From positions 18,352,001-18,416,000 of the forward strand of contig NC_043024.1 of the NCBI RefSeq assembly GCF_006345805.1: 64,000 nucleotides of DNA, given 5' to 3'. Origin of the DNA: Octopus sinensis. Taxonomy: Eukaryota. Within the stretch, counting starts at the first letter, position 1. The number at the start of each line of letters is the position of its first letter. Positions 26,426-40,565 of the stretch are shown here, piece by piece. The position numbers and the translations under genes were made by a program. Below the pieces are notes generated by a model. That model did not search any database and was not told the origin of the DNA. It was given only the letters and a program-made list of their open reading frames with translations.

Positions 26426-26697
26426 CACACACATAATCACTTATATACATAAATTTATATATGTTTACAATGTGTGTATATGCATGTGTGCATGTGTGTG
26501 TACGTGTGTGTGTGTGTAAGGAGGTGTATATCATTTCATTCATTCTAAACTACTCTCCTTTTAATGAGGAGGCTCCACAATTCCGGTCCCAGCAGTGTAG
26601 TTGCCAGTTTTACTCTTGAACTGTGGGAAATTTTTATTAATACGTGAAAATCATGTAGGACTTTCGCCTTTCCACAGGTACACCACTTGTGAATATA

Positions 26698-26750
<53 letters not shown>

Positions 26751-26863
26751 GTATATATTTATATGTATATATTATAAATATATACATATATATATATATG
26801 TATGTATGTATATATATATGTATATATATGTATATATTATACATATATACATATATGTAAATA

Positions 26864-26905
<42 letters not shown>

Positions 26906-26962
26906 CATACATACATACACATAGATACATATAAGTATATAAATGTGTGTGTGTGTGTGTAC

Positions 26963-26996
<34 letters not shown>

Positions 26997-27011
26997 TATA
27001 TAATATATATA

Positions 27012-27042
<31 letters not shown>

Positions 27043-27092
27043 TGTATAATATATATATATATATATATATACATATATAAATAAATATTATA

Positions 27093-27132
<40 letters not shown>

Positions 27133-27354
27133 CATATATAAATAAATAAATATATATATATATAACAACAACAACAACAATATACATATGTATTTATAAA
27201 TGTATAGGTACATGCATATATATGTGTGTGCATGTATGAATATGAACATATATACATGTGTGTATATCTATATATGGATATATATATATACATATATATG
27301 TATACCAACACATGTACATACATATGTATACACACACCATTGGTATGCAATTAC

Positions 27355-27386
<32 letters not shown>

Positions 27387-27780
27387 ATAGAATTTTTTAG
27401 AAAATTTCCTGCTAGTTCTCTTGTAATTCTTAAAAGATATTATATACGTCAACATACTTTACCTGTTGTCTGTAATATGCAATGAAAATGTATTGGAACT
27501 ATCATAGAACTTTATTCACATATGAATAACCATTGTTAGCACCAACAAAAATGCAATTAGCCAAAGGCAACATGTTTCAATAGATTTATATTAGCTCGGA
27601 GCTTGCCTACCTATTACTGCTAGTGAATTTTTATTGGTTATCAAACCAATGGAGAATAACACATTGGGAACCTCTAGCAACTCTCTTGTTCTTAGAGAGA
27701 GAGCCTGTATGTGGTTGTTTGACATGCTTGAAATAACAGTGATGAAATCCTTGTCATACCAGTTTCAGATTTTGACACAT

Positions 27781-28170
27781 AGGTGCAGGAGTGGCTGTGT
27801 GGTAAGTAGCTTTCCAACCAACCACATGGTTCCGGGTTCAGTCCCACTATGTGGCATCTTGGGCAATTGTCTTCTGCTATAGCCTTGGGCGCACCAAAGC
27901 CTTTTGAGTGTATTTGGTAGATGGAAACTGAAAGAAGCCCGTCATATATATGTATATATGTGTGTATCTGTGTTTGTCCCCCCAACATCGCTTGACAACC
28001 AATGCTGGTGTGTTTACGTCCCCGTCACTTAGTGGTTCGGCAAAAAGAGCCCGATAGAATAAGTACTGGGCTTACAAAAAGAATAAGTCCTGGGGTCGAT
28101 TTGCTCGACTAAAGGCGGTGCTCCAGCATGGCCGCAGTAAAATGACTGAAACAAGTAAAAGAGAAAAGAG
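27781..28170 (+). mobile_element. SINE family A
   Basis: Full head, core and 3' half. Confidence 0.85.
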
Positions 28171-28481
28171 TAAGGCCAGTTATTATGGGTGATGGGTAAG
28201 TTGATAACATCAACCCCAGTACTTGACTGGTACTTATTTTTTCGATGTAGTCTATTTATTACTTATATACTTTATTGGGATCTAGGTCAATGTTTTATCA
28301 TATATTTTATTTTTCTATATGGTATGATTTACGTCTATCATTGTTTGAATTACATAATAGTGGTTTTTCTCTAATTTATATATATATATCATCATCATTC
28401 ATATTGTGAAATTTGATTTAATACCAAATTGAATTTTTCCCTGTAAGTTTGGAGTTATACTCCCTAATATATATATATACT

Positions 28482-28691
28482 CTTTTACTCTTTTACTTGT
28501 TTCAGTCATTTGACTGTGGCCATGCTGGAGCACCGCCTTTAATCGAGCAAATCGACCCCAGGACTTATTCTTTGTAAGCCTAGTACTTATTCTATCAGTC
28601 TCTTTTGCTGAACTGCTAAGTTACGGGGACATAAACACACCAGCATCGGTTGCCAAGCGATTTTGGGGGGACAAACACAGACCCACAAACG

Positions 28692-28741
<50 letters not shown>

Positions 28742-28907
28742 CACGATAGGCTTCCTTCAGTTTCCGTCTACCAAATCCACTCACATGGCATTGGTCGGCC
28801 CGAAGCTATAGTAGAAGACATTTGCCCAAAGTGTCACACAGTGGGACTGAACCCGGATCCATGTGGTTGGTAAGCAAGCTACTTACCACACAGCCACTCC
28901 TATGCCT
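28482..28907 (-). mobile_element. SINE family A
   Basis: Full head, core and 3' half. Confidence 0.85.
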
Positions 28908-29494
28908 ATATATATTTATATTGTGAAATTTGATTTAATACCAAATTGAATTTTACCCTGTAAGTTTGGAGTATATTACCTAATATATATATATATATAT
29001 ATATATAATATACTATTATATATATATATATATATAATATATATATATATATAGTATGAAAGGCAAAGAATATTTCAGCAGAATTTGAACTCAGAATGTA
29101 CAGATTGAGGAAGTACTGCTAATCATTTTGCCTGGAGTACTAATGATTCTGCCAGCTTGCTACCTTTACATCCTTGTCATATTACAAACAATTGCCTTGA
29201 ATAAGTATAGGATATAGCCAAGGCTCTCGTGAAGATAAACTTGGAGATTACCACTCTGCTTAGAAACAGGTGAGGTTTGGCAACAGGGAGAACATCCTGC
29301 CATAGAAAAACTCTGCTAAAACACACTCCTCTGATCCATGCAGGCATGGAAAAGTAGATGTAAAAACAGTAATAATAATTTATATTTGCACTCATTAGCA
29401 TGTTGTGTTAATTTATGTTTCAGACACCAGCTTAATTATAACAAAGTTACTTCACAATATTCTTCATTATTTTAAAACTTAATTCAAGCGATAC

Positions 29495-29895
29495 TCTTTT
29501 ACTCTTTTACTTGTTTCAGTCATTTGACTGCGGCCATGCTGGAGCACCGCCTTTAGTAGAGCAATCGACCCCGGGACTTATTCTTTGTAAGCCCAGTACT
29601 TATTCTATCAGTCTCTTGTGCCGAACCGCTAAGTGACGGTGATGTAAACACACCAGCATCAGTTGTCAAGCAATGCTAGGGGGACAAGCACAGACACACA
29701 AACACACACACGCATATACATATATATACATATATACGACGGGCTTCTTTCAGTTTCCGTCTACCAAATCCACTCACAAGGCTTTGGTCGGCCTGGGGCT
29801 ATAGCAGAAGACACTTGCCCAAGATGCCACACAGAGGGACTGAACCCGGAACCATGTGGTTGGTTAGCAAGCTACTTACCACACAGCCACCCTTG
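29495..29895 (-). mobile_element. SINE family A
   Basis: Full head, core and 3' half. Confidence 0.85.
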
Positions 29896-31339
29896 CAGAG
29901 TATTTGAGCAGAAATGTAGTTCTAAAAGTGTTAAACCTTTTAATACTAACCTGTCTGAGAACACGTTTGGTTCCAGGATATAAACTTCTTGTTTTAAAGT
30001 GTTATGAATTCAAATTTCTCTTTAAAATTTTGTGTTTCTATATTTTCCAAATAACATCTTAATAATGGCAAAGTTATTTTAATTGATTTTTCATTATTTT
30101 CAAAATTAATTGAAACAAAATACAGTGACAAAAGTTTACTTCCTTTAAATCCCAATCTTCTCATGACCTCCCCTAATGATGTGCTACAAACTTTCTGTTT
30201 TAAAGTGTTCTAAATAGAAACTTTCCACTGAAATTTTATGATTGTTTATGTTCCAAACACTAGCTTAACGATGACAAAGTTATTATTTAATTAAAGTCTT
30301 GATTATTTTCATAATCAATTGAAGCAAAGATAGTGTTTTGCAACAGAAATATAATTATAAACAGGTTAATAATGGCAAAGTTATTTTAGTAAATCTTTCA
30401 ATATTTAAAAAACTTTTTGGAAGAAAGGCAGTGTGTTTCAACAGAAATATGGTAACAAATACTGGCATGAGTGTCTTTTATGTCTCACCAGCAGAGGTGC
30501 CTTTTACTTGTCCCCAGGAGGGGATACTTATTCTTAACATGTCTAATGTGTTTGCATTGTTTTTAGCCTTCGAATGACGCCACCCCACTGGCTAAGTGAG
30601 CAGGCCAACAGACAAAAGAGTGAGAGAAGAAGTGGTGAAAGAGTACAGCAGGGATCACCCCCCCCCCTGCCGGAGCCTCATGGTGCTTTTTAGGTGTTTT
30701 TGCTCAGATGCAAAATATGCTAGTCGCTGTTGTGTATGTCACAGGAGAATAACTTCTGTCTTTCATGACAGCAGCGAGTCTAACATATTTGGTTCATTGG
30801 TGCTTGGCATTCTGAGACACTGGCATTTGACCATGCTGTGTCTCATCATTATTTTTTCTGAACTATTTACAAACATAAACTTTTTCAAACCCCTAGCTTT
30901 TCCTACTGCTACCATGACAACCAGCAGAATTTCTTATTGAAGTATAAGTTTGAAAACTGAGTCAAGGAATGAGTTTGAACTAAATGAAATTTCCAACTGG
31001 TTTAAAGTCTCTGATATCCAAGTGGCTAAAAAGTGTCAGCGGAAGGGCACCCAAGGGACATGAACTAGATGGGGCCTGGCTCCTTAGAATGTAAGAGGTT
31101 AAGGGCCAAAACATTTGATTGACATAGGAGGATAGCTTCTTCTCTGTTTAGCTCTGTAGAAGGCAGACAGAACACTTTTTTAGAACTGGGCAGATTTTAA
31201 TGGGAGTGAAATGTAACACATGGCTTCTAAACTCTTTATTCATAAATAAACGCTTTAAAAAAATGAAAAAAAGGGAAAAGAAAAACAGGAGTTAAAAGGG
31301 CGGGGGTGGCAAAGCAGTGGAAGACAGAGGGAGAGGAGC

Positions 31340-31720
31340 GATGGGCCACAAACCCCAGAACAAGTGGGGTCATTTAGCTGTGCCATGCAGTAATGATCAT
31401 GATGATGTTACTGTGGGAGACTGGCCAGTGACACTCACTGCAGTAGCCACTCCACCCCACGGGACCCACTTCTCTGATGGGCTGCCACTATCACTATTTT
31501 GTGGAGGAAATTGGCAATACAAGGTCCTAGAAGACTTGATGTCTTGACAGTGACCAGCACAGACTGATAACGGCCAGCCAGGCCCCTGCACTTATTGATG
31601 TCCTCGGTGTTATGGGCAGTGACACCAGGTTATGTGGGTCTTTAGCTGAGCCTGTAGCTTTAAATGACATAAGGGTTTCATGAATGGGGAATTGCTACGA
31701 CCGTTCTGATTTATTTTCCC
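31340..31720 (-). pseudogene. CRE-like non-LTR retrotransposon endonuclease fragment
   Basis: PGVTAHNTEDINK..LAGRYQSVLVTVKTSSLLGPC..FLHKI....EWLLQ*VSLA resembles the REL tail A...E..K..KY..L...Y.F.P...ET.G..GP....FL....WL.QR.S.A. Confidence 0.5.
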
Positions 31721-31861
31721 TTGTTTCCACCTCTTTTGGATTTGTATGCTTGGTTTGTTACATGTACCATTTTTAGGTGATGAATGAATATTCTTTCATC
31801 TTTTGATTAAGACACTTTTTATAAATCCCTAAATTGATAGATACACACACACATACACACA

Positions 31862-31896
<35 letters not shown>

Positions 31897-31897
<1 letters not shown>

Positions 31898-32202
31898 CAC
31901 GTGATCACGTGACCGACCAGACCATCAGATGTTGCTACACATCGCTGGTCACAATGCGTTCGCATTGTTTTTATCCTTCGAATGATGCCACTCCGCTGGC
32001 TAAGCGAGCAGGCCAACAGAAGAAAGAATGAGAGAAGAAGTGGTGAAAGAGTACAGCAGCGATCACCACCCCCTGCCAGAGCCTTGTGGTGCATTTTAGG
32101 TGTTTTTGCTCAATAAACACACACAACGCCTGGTCTGGGAATCGAAACCGCGATCCTACGATCGCGAGTCCGCTGCCCTGACTACTGGGCCATTGCACCT
32201 CC
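31897..32202 (-). mobile_element. tRNA-headed SINE, family C
   Basis: Head ggaggtgcaatggcccagtagtcagggcagcggactcgcgatcg..ggtttcgattcccagacc. Same family as 44800-45183 and 63031-63330; a fragment lies at 30578-30700. Confidence 0.8.
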
Positions 32203-32215
32203 ATATATGTATATC

Positions 32216-32246
<31 letters not shown>

Positions 32247-33385
32247 GTATGTATAACACATACATCAGATAACTTCATGAAACATGCACACACATACACA
32301 CACACACATAAACATATACAAATACTTTGAGTATATGCTCACACATTAACTTCCTACACAAACACCCACAAACATGTCAGGTTCAAAGTTGTCCCCCTTG
32401 TCCGTCATGCATCTAGCAACCTCTCCCTACTTCCAGTCATTTCAGTATGCGGTGACCATCTAATTGAGACATGTTTATTTTCTTCTCTTTCTACCTTTTC
32501 CTCTCCTCATTTATTCTTTCTATAGAAGAAGATGTGCTTGAAATGTGAAGGACTTCGCTTTTTATTTTTCCTGAGCATAAACCTAATACATGCTGTCTGT
32601 TTTTTTGCTTTGTCTTCCTGTTTGATAATTTTGCTACACGTGTGCAAACACACACACACACACACACAAATTTGATAATGCAAACAGGAAAATATGAAGC
32701 TCAAAAAATGAATATATTTGACAAGTGTATGCAAGAAACCTTTGGCCCAAGCAATATTCTGTAATTTCTACCAGTTCAACATAAAAATATGTGTATAAAA
32801 TAATAATTGTCTTTAGATCTGTCCTAAATTTAAAAAAAATATTTTATAAAAAGAATTAGAAATAAAAGTGATTTAATTTTGAAAATTTGAAAATTTTCAA
32901 AGTTTTCACAGTTTTCAAATCTTAAATTTCTGAATTCTTTAATGTTTTTTTCCCTCACTTTTCATTTTTCCTTGACATTTCATTAACGAACTTCTCCAAA
33001 TTTTATAAACTATGAACAGACGAATAAAATGAAGGACAGAGAGAAAGATAAGAAAAAATAAAAAGGAAAGAAATAAAATGAGGTGAGAAAAAAGAAAGAA
33101 GAAAAGAAGAGAAAGAAGTGGAAGAGAAGGAAGAAAAAATAATAAATTGGACATTTATTGTAAGATTTTTCTTTTTAATTTGATTCTGTTAGAAAAAATG
33201 TTCCTCTAATTGCTGGTATAGAATCTTGTATAATGTCTTATTGGACTGGTATGGTACTTTTAACTAGTGACTCAGCACTGTTCAGTTGTGCGTATGTGCA
33301 TGTGGATATGTAAATGTGTGCGTGTGTGTATGTGTGCATGTGTATATGTTTGTGTGTGTGTTTGTGTGTATGAATACAGACATTC

Positions 33386-33423
<38 letters not shown>

Positions 33424-33629
33424 GAACACACATACAAACACATATATACACACAGATATGTACATAGAAATATATATATTTATACACATATATATATATG
33501 CATAAATATGTGTCTGTATATATATATGTGTATATAGATATATGCATAGATATGTGTATGTATATATATGTGTATGTAAGCATATATAAGCATAAATATG
33601 TGTATGTATATATACATATGTGTGTATAT

Positions 33630-34479
33630 ATATATAATATATATATATATATATGCATAAATATGTGTATGCATATATATATGTGTGTGTATATATATAT
33701 ATATGCATAAATATGTTTATGTATATATATGTGTGTATATATATACATATGCATAAATATGTGTATGTATATATATATATATGCATAAATATGTGTATGT
33801 ATATATATGTGTATGTATGTATGTATATATATATATATATACACACACACAAAGAGAGGAGAGGGGGAGGTGAACGAGAGCTAAAAAGAGATAGATAGAT
33901 ATAGATATGTACACAAATATATATAATTGACATGCACACGTATTAAACACATACAATACACACAGTTCCTGCACAAACACACACACACATGTACACATGT
34001 TACTTGCATATGCACACATTAGCTGCAGCTGATGCATGCATTTGCATATACACACACATCTGATAGCCTCATGCACGCATACTATATACACCCTCAAATA
34101 CTCCCACACACAAACACATCCAAGCACACACATAGACACGTAAATACATGGAGCACACATTATTCCACACTTTCATACACATGCATATACTCACACACAC
34201 ACCATCATCACATAAAATTATGAAAGTGGTGGGATGCAATTTAAAACCAAAAGGCATAATACAGTCGTCACTAAAAGTGACTAAGCGTGCAAGTCAGCAC
34301 AGGGCTGCTAGAAATAAGAGTCAAAATATCTCTTAGCCATGAACAGAGCATTTTTGGTTCAATAGAGCACTTTCTATTCACTTAGTTTTAAACTGCTTCT
34401 AACCCCTATAATAATTTACATAGATACATACATAGATACATACATAGATACATACATAGATACATACATAGATACATAC

Positions 34480-34524
<45 letters not shown>

Positions 34525-35318
34525 ATATGCATAAATATGTGTATGCATATATATATGTGTGTGTATATATAATATATGCATAAATATGTTTATGTATATA
34601 TATGTGTGTATATATATACATATGCATAAATATGTGTATGTATATATATATATATGCATAAATATGTGTATGTATATATATGTGTATGTATGTATGTATA
34701 TATATATATATATATACACACACACAAAGAGAGAGAGAGGGTGAGTGAACGAGAGCTAAAGAGATAGATAGATATAGATATGTACACAAATATATATAAT
34801 TGACATGCACACATATAAACACATACAATACACACAGTTCCTGCACAAACACACACACACATGTACACATGTTACTTGCATATGCACACATTAGCTGCAG
34901 CTGATGCATGCATTTGCATATACACACACATCTGATAACCTCATGCACGCATACTATATACACCCTCAAATACTCCCACACACAAACACATCCAAGCACA
35001 CACATACACACGTAAATACATGGAGCACACATTATTCCACACTTTCATACACATGCATATACTCACACACACACCATCATCACATAAAATTATGAAAGTG
35101 GTGGGATGCAATTTAAAACCAAAAGGCATAAATACAGTCGTCACTAAAAGTGACTAAGCATGCAAGTCAGCACAGGGCTGCTAGAAATAAGAGTCAAAAT
35201 ATCTCTTAGCCATGAACAGAGCATTTTTGGTTCAATAGAGCACTTTCTATTCACTTAGTTTTAAACTGCTTCTAACCCCTATAATAATTTTACATAGATA
35301 CATACATAGATACATAGA

Positions 35319-35375
<57 letters not shown>
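33630..35375. repeat. Direct tandem duplication, period 873 bp
   Basis: aacccctata occurs at 34401 and 35274. The unique segments are near identical with a few substitutions, and the breakpoints lie in microsatellites. Confidence 0.9.
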
Positions 35376-35394
<19 letters not shown>

Positions 35395-35428
35395 GGAGTT
35401 TAACGCAGGTATAATTCGTATACTTTTA

Positions 35429-35505
35429 CTTCTGACACATGTTTCAAAGATTTCACTATTATTCCAAAAGAATAAATGGTGTAAAACAATGTAATCTTCT
35501 CTTCA
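35429..35505 (-). ncRNA. Disrupted hammerhead motif (paralog of 40566-40651)
   Basis: aTGAAGA gaagat..atcttt GAAAC ATGT GTC agaag; C3 and the 5' strand of stem I are lost at the junction with a (CAT)n-tailed repeat. Confidence 0.5.
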
Positions 35506-36084
35506 TACATCATCACTATCCTCATCATCATCATTTAACATCCGCTTTCCATGCTAGCATGGGTTGGATGAATGACTGAGGGCTGGTGAACCAGATGGCT
35601 GCATCAGGCTCCAATCTTGATCTGGCAGAGTTTCTACAGCTGTATGCCCTTCCTAGCACCAACCACTCTGAGAGTGTAGTGGGTGCTTTTATGTGTCACC
35701 GACATGGGGACCAGTCAGGCGGTACTGGCAACGACCTCGCTCGAATCTTTTTACACATGCCACATGCCAGTAAGGCGATGCTGGTAATGATCATGCTTGA
35801 ATGGTGCTTTTTATGTGCCACTGGAACGGCAGCCAATTAGCCGCTCTGTCAATGATCACACTTGGATGGTGCTCTTGGCACCCTACTAGCATGGGGCACA
35901 AGTGCCAGTAAAGCGACGCTGGTAAAGATCACACTCGAATGGTGCCTTTTATGTGGCACTGGCACGGCAGCCAGTTAGCCGCTCTGTCAACGATCACACT
36001 CGTATGGTGCTCTTTGCACCATGCTAGCACGGACGCCAGTCATCGAATTTGATTTTGATTTCACTTGCCTCAACAGGTCTTCGC

Positions 36085-36960
36085 AAGCAGATGAGAGAGC
36101 AAAAACCCTACTCCGTATGGAATTACATGGTCAGTTCCACTGTGAAACCAACAAATTAAAAGACCAGGAAGTATCATGGAGGTGGCTCACTAAGTGTGAC
36201 CTAAAAAAGAAGACTGAAAGCCTAATCATCGCAGCCCAGGATCAGGCATTGAATACCAACTCAGTGAAAGAGGATATATGCCACATAAGTGTAACAAACG
36301 TCTGTAGAATGTGTGGGAAGAGGGTCGAAAGTGGGACTCACATTGCTAGTGTTTGTGAAAGTCTTGTGCAGAAATAGTACAAATATAGACACAACAAGGT
36401 AGCCCCAAACCTCCACCGACTACTCTGCCATAAGTATGGGTAAGAAGCTATGGGTGCTTGGTACCAACATAAACTGGTAAAGGTAATGGACGAAAAGGGG
36501 AAAGCAAAAATCCACTGAGACTTTGATTTCCAGACAGACAAAATGTTAGAGAACCAAAGGCCGGATATAGTAACATTTAGAAGGGACAAACAAGAGTGCC
36601 TAATAATCAATGTTACACTGCCAGGAGATCAATATATCATCATGAAAGAAAGAGTAAAAGTTGATAAATATGGAAACCTGAGAATTGTGATTGCTAAAAT
36701 GTGACACTTACGGGGGTTGAACATATTGTTATCAGAGCATTGGGTTCAATACCACCCAATCTGAAAAAAACATCTGTAAACCTTTGAAATACCCTACAAT
36801 CTAGATGTATAGTAAAAGTTGGCATTACTAGGAACTGCATGCATATTGCATAAAGTATTGTGTCTGAGGTCCTTGTTGTGACTTGAAAAATAGTACAAAC
36901 CCCCGGTAGACACACTATCTTTAATTAACAACCTCACGATATTGTATACTGTGTGACGTT
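36085..36960 (+). mobile_element. R4/Dong-clade LINE 3' fragment (second subfamily)
   Basis: LHGQF..SWRWL..TESLIIAAQDQAL..CRMCG..ESGTHIASVC; RPDIV..KVDKY. Followed by (TAA)n at 36962-37023. Confidence 0.85.
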
Positions 36961-37022
<62 letters not shown>

Positions 37023-37024
<2 letters not shown>

Positions 37025-37280
37025 GGCACTTGGGGTACAAACTACAAAGTTTGAAAAATATGTGGGTAGAGCAAGCTCAAAAAACTGCTCTATTGAGGAC
37101 AGCAAGGATTTTGAGATATTTAACATGTAGGTATCAAGTCTTATAATTCATAGAAAGAGACCCTGAGACACGCTGTGAGACCTTTGACAACAGACTGCTG
37201 CCCACTCTCACAGAATTAACCAGAGCAAGTATGAGTGTTCTCAGGAGTAAACTACAACAACAACAACAATAATAATAATA

Positions 37281-37325
<45 letters not shown>
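37023..37325 (+). mobile_element. Third R4/Dong-like 3' end
   Basis: GALG..FEKYV..QKTALLRTARILR-like C-terminus (frameshifted), then a 3' UTR and a (CAA)n(TAA)n tail. Confidence 0.6.
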
Positions 37326-37328
<3 letters not shown>

Positions 37329-37628
37329 TAATAATGGTTTCAAATTTTGGCACAAGGCCAGCAAATTTGGGGGAATGGGATAAGTTGATTACATTGACCT
37401 CAGTGTTCATATGGCACTTTATTGACCCCAAAAGAATAAAAGGCTTCAGCAGAATAGGGACATGCTTTGTGTGCCAGGCTGTTGCCTTCACAATAATCTC
37501 TCCAGTTCATGTAGGCATGGAAAAGTGGACATTAAAATGATGATCATGAGGATGATGATGATAATGATGATGATTATGATGATCATGGTGATGACAGAGG
37601 TGGTGGTGATGGTGGCAATGATGGTTAA

Positions 37629-37815
37629 GGCGGCGAGCTGGCAGAGATGTTAGCACGCATGTTCTGAGTTCAAATTCCGCCGAGGTCGACTTTGCCTTTC
37701 ATCCATTCGGGGTCGATAAATTAAGCACCAGTTACGCACTGGGGTCGATGTAATCGACTTAATCCGTTTGTCTGTCCTTGTTTGTCCCCTCTGTGTTTAG
37801 CCCCTTGTGGGTAAT
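37629..37815 (+). mobile_element. SINE family B
   Basis: Head and Meta-like core, followed by a GAT array. Confidence 0.8.
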
Positions 37816-37830
37816 AATGAAACAGGTGGT

Positions 37831-38018
37831 AATGATGATGATGATGATGATGATGATGAAGATGATGGTGATGATGAAGATGATGATGATGAAGATGATG
37901 ATGATGATGATGATGAAGATGATGATGATGATGAAGATGATGATGATGATGATGATGATGAAGATGATGATGGTGAAGAGGATGATGTTGATGATGATGA
38001 TGACGATGATGACGATGG

Positions 38019-38055
<37 letters not shown>

Positions 38056-38127
38056 GATGATGATGATGATGATGAAGATGATGAAGATGATGAAGATGAT
38101 GGTGATGATGAAGATGATGATGGTGAA

Positions 38128-38172
<45 letters not shown>

Positions 38173-38251
38173 GATGATGATGATGATGATGACGACGACG
38201 ACGACGACGACGACAATGATGATGATGATGAAGATGATGATGATGATGAAA

Positions 38252-38292
<41 letters not shown>

Positions 38293-38330
38293 GAAGAAGA
38301 TAAATATGATGACGATGATGATGATGATGA
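37831..38330. repeat. (GAT/GAA/GGT/GAC)n trinucleotide array
   Basis: Direct inspection. Confidence 0.95.
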
Positions 38331-39666
38331 AAGAGAAAGCAAAAGCCTGCAACCCATAATCTATTATCGGAAACTAATATCGCATCAAGTGTTATTGCAG
38401 ACAAATGTTTAATTGAAATAAAGTCAACGATAATAATAGGAACAAATGACATCCGGACAATTTAAGTGTTTGCAGTGTTAAATATTATCTCCTGACTAAT
38501 ATCATTTGAGCTGCTGATGTTTCATGTTGAAAGAGATATAGATATGGAGATGACATTTTTATTTAACATTTCGCAAAATATAATGGTACAAAACGATTAC
38601 AAGGCAACGACCAATATTCAAATACTGTAATATACTTTGTATTGTAATAAAAGAGACATTAATTTGAGGTAAACCAAGAGAGAATAAAGACATAATTGTG
38701 GAGGATAAAAGTATGGCCGTGGGTTACGAAGTTAGCTTTGCTATGACATGGTTTTCAGTTCGGTTCCACTGTGTGATACCTAAGCAACTGTTTTCTGCTG
38801 TAGTCCTGGATGGACTAAAGCTTGCAAATGGATTTTGTAGATGGAAACTGAAACTATATATATCTCTTATTATAAAAGGCAGATTTTATCTGCCTCCCTT
38901 TGTATCTTATAGAAATCTACAATATAGGATTTCTTCAATTACAATTTACCTAGAATTTTTAAGAGTAGAATGCATCGGGTCGTGCCAGGTCCAGTTTTTA
39001 AAATTTCAACCCCAATTAAGCAAAATTTAGAGAAAACTCACATTGTGGTGTATGAGTCAAATGCTTTTCTTAGTGTGGGCTACAGCACACGCACACACAC
39101 ACACACAGTGTGCAACGAATAAAGTGAAAGTAATTCACTGTGTGTGTGTTGACAGGTAGACAATAGAATGCGATGGCGATGGCGATGGCGATGTAATATT
39201 TGTTTCTGTCTATGACGCTGATAGATACATGAGTAAAATGTATGGAAAGCTAAGAGATAAGAGTGAGTGAAAATGTTCTTGGGAGAGAGTAAATAGTGAG
39301 AGAGTGATTTGAGGAAGACTTTACATTAAATAACCGTAGTGGCTTGTCAAATGAAGAGGAGTGACAGGGTACTGGAGGAAATAGGGTGAGTGAGGAAGAT
39401 GGCCCCTAGCAACCACACCTTTTAAGATAGGGATTTCTAAGCTAGCCCACGAGCATCGTCACCTCATTCTACATGTCCCTGTAAATTTTGGAGCGAATCG
39501 GACGGGATAAAGTTATCTCTAAGAAACAGAAAGATCGCCCAAAAGTGTATATAGATATTTAAATGTATTTATATATTCATCTATACACACATGTATGTAT
39601 AATGTGCGTGTATATATTTCCATTGAGGTAACCATTCAATCCATACAAAGTTTTTTAGGACGAAAA

Positions 39667-40512
39667 TATTTATATATAAAAGAAAGGTTGTGTGTCTGTC
39701 TACTCCGATTTAGATTCCTAACTACTCCCACATTTTGCGATGCAGTTTAACCAAAACCGGTTATCTTATAGTCGTAATTCATATCGAGCCCTTCTGGGTA
39801 TTAGCGCACGTCTACGCTGAGTCTATGATTTTACAAATAATTTACCATCATTTTTTTCCATTTTAATGCATATTTTAAAAATAAACGGAAGTAACTCTCA
39901 AACTTCACACCAATATGCGTGCTCATATGCGACGTAATATCACATCAGCAGCATTTCCTCATACCCTCCTTGCACTTTGCGAAGGCAAAATACCAGGGGA
40001 TGAAAATGGTAATATTGCCATCGATTCCATTTGTACCATTGTTAAGACGCCTTCTGATCTCAGAGATGCAGTGTTCCCAGATCTACAAGCTAATTATCAG
40101 AATATGGATTGGATTGGCCAAAAGGCTATACTGGCCCCGAGGAATAAAACTGTTCACCATATTAATGATGAAATGCTAAAACTCATTCCTGGGGAAGTCT
40201 ATGTATATCAGTCTATCGATACAACTCCTGACCCAGAGGATGTCATCAACTATCCAATAGAGGTACTCAATTCCTTTGAGCACCCCGGACTACCACCACA
40301 CTTTCTCAAACTTAAAGTTGGTGCCCCTATAATGCTCATCAGAAATTTGGTTCCCCCAAAACAATGCAATGGCACACGTTTGATCGTTAAGTCCTTATCT
40401 CCCACCGTAAGCTTATATCAATATTTGCCTGAATAATCATCATAATTCAGTGCAATCATTAACAGTACTTTCAAGCAATTCAGCCCCGAGCAATGCCGGG
40501 CAATTCTGCTAG
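39667..40512 (+). mobile_element. Non-autonomous Helitron retaining a PIF1-like helicase fragment
   Basis: ORF 39915-40436 contains AILAPRN..INDEML..PPHFLKLKVGAPIMLIRNL..CNGTRLIV. The 3' end has a GC hairpin (cccgagcaatgccggg) and CTAG at 40509-12 followed by T. The 5' end is shared with 41460-41856. Confidence 0.88.
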
Positions 40513-40565
40513 TATATATATATATATAAATGGAGTTTAAAGCAGGTATAATTCAAATACTTTTA

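Noticed and set aside
26545-26700. WCTCGK peptide resembling a CDGSH iron-sulfur domain start; alternative frame [19 protein letters not shown]
   Set aside because: The required P-x-C-D-G-S-H motif is absent and splice support is weak.
37807-38412. 201-aa poly-Asp/Glu ORF (possible acidic biomineralisation protein)
   Set aside because: It is a GAT microsatellite trailing a family B SINE. All forward frames are open because the repeat lacks stops, and there is no signal peptide or unique domain.
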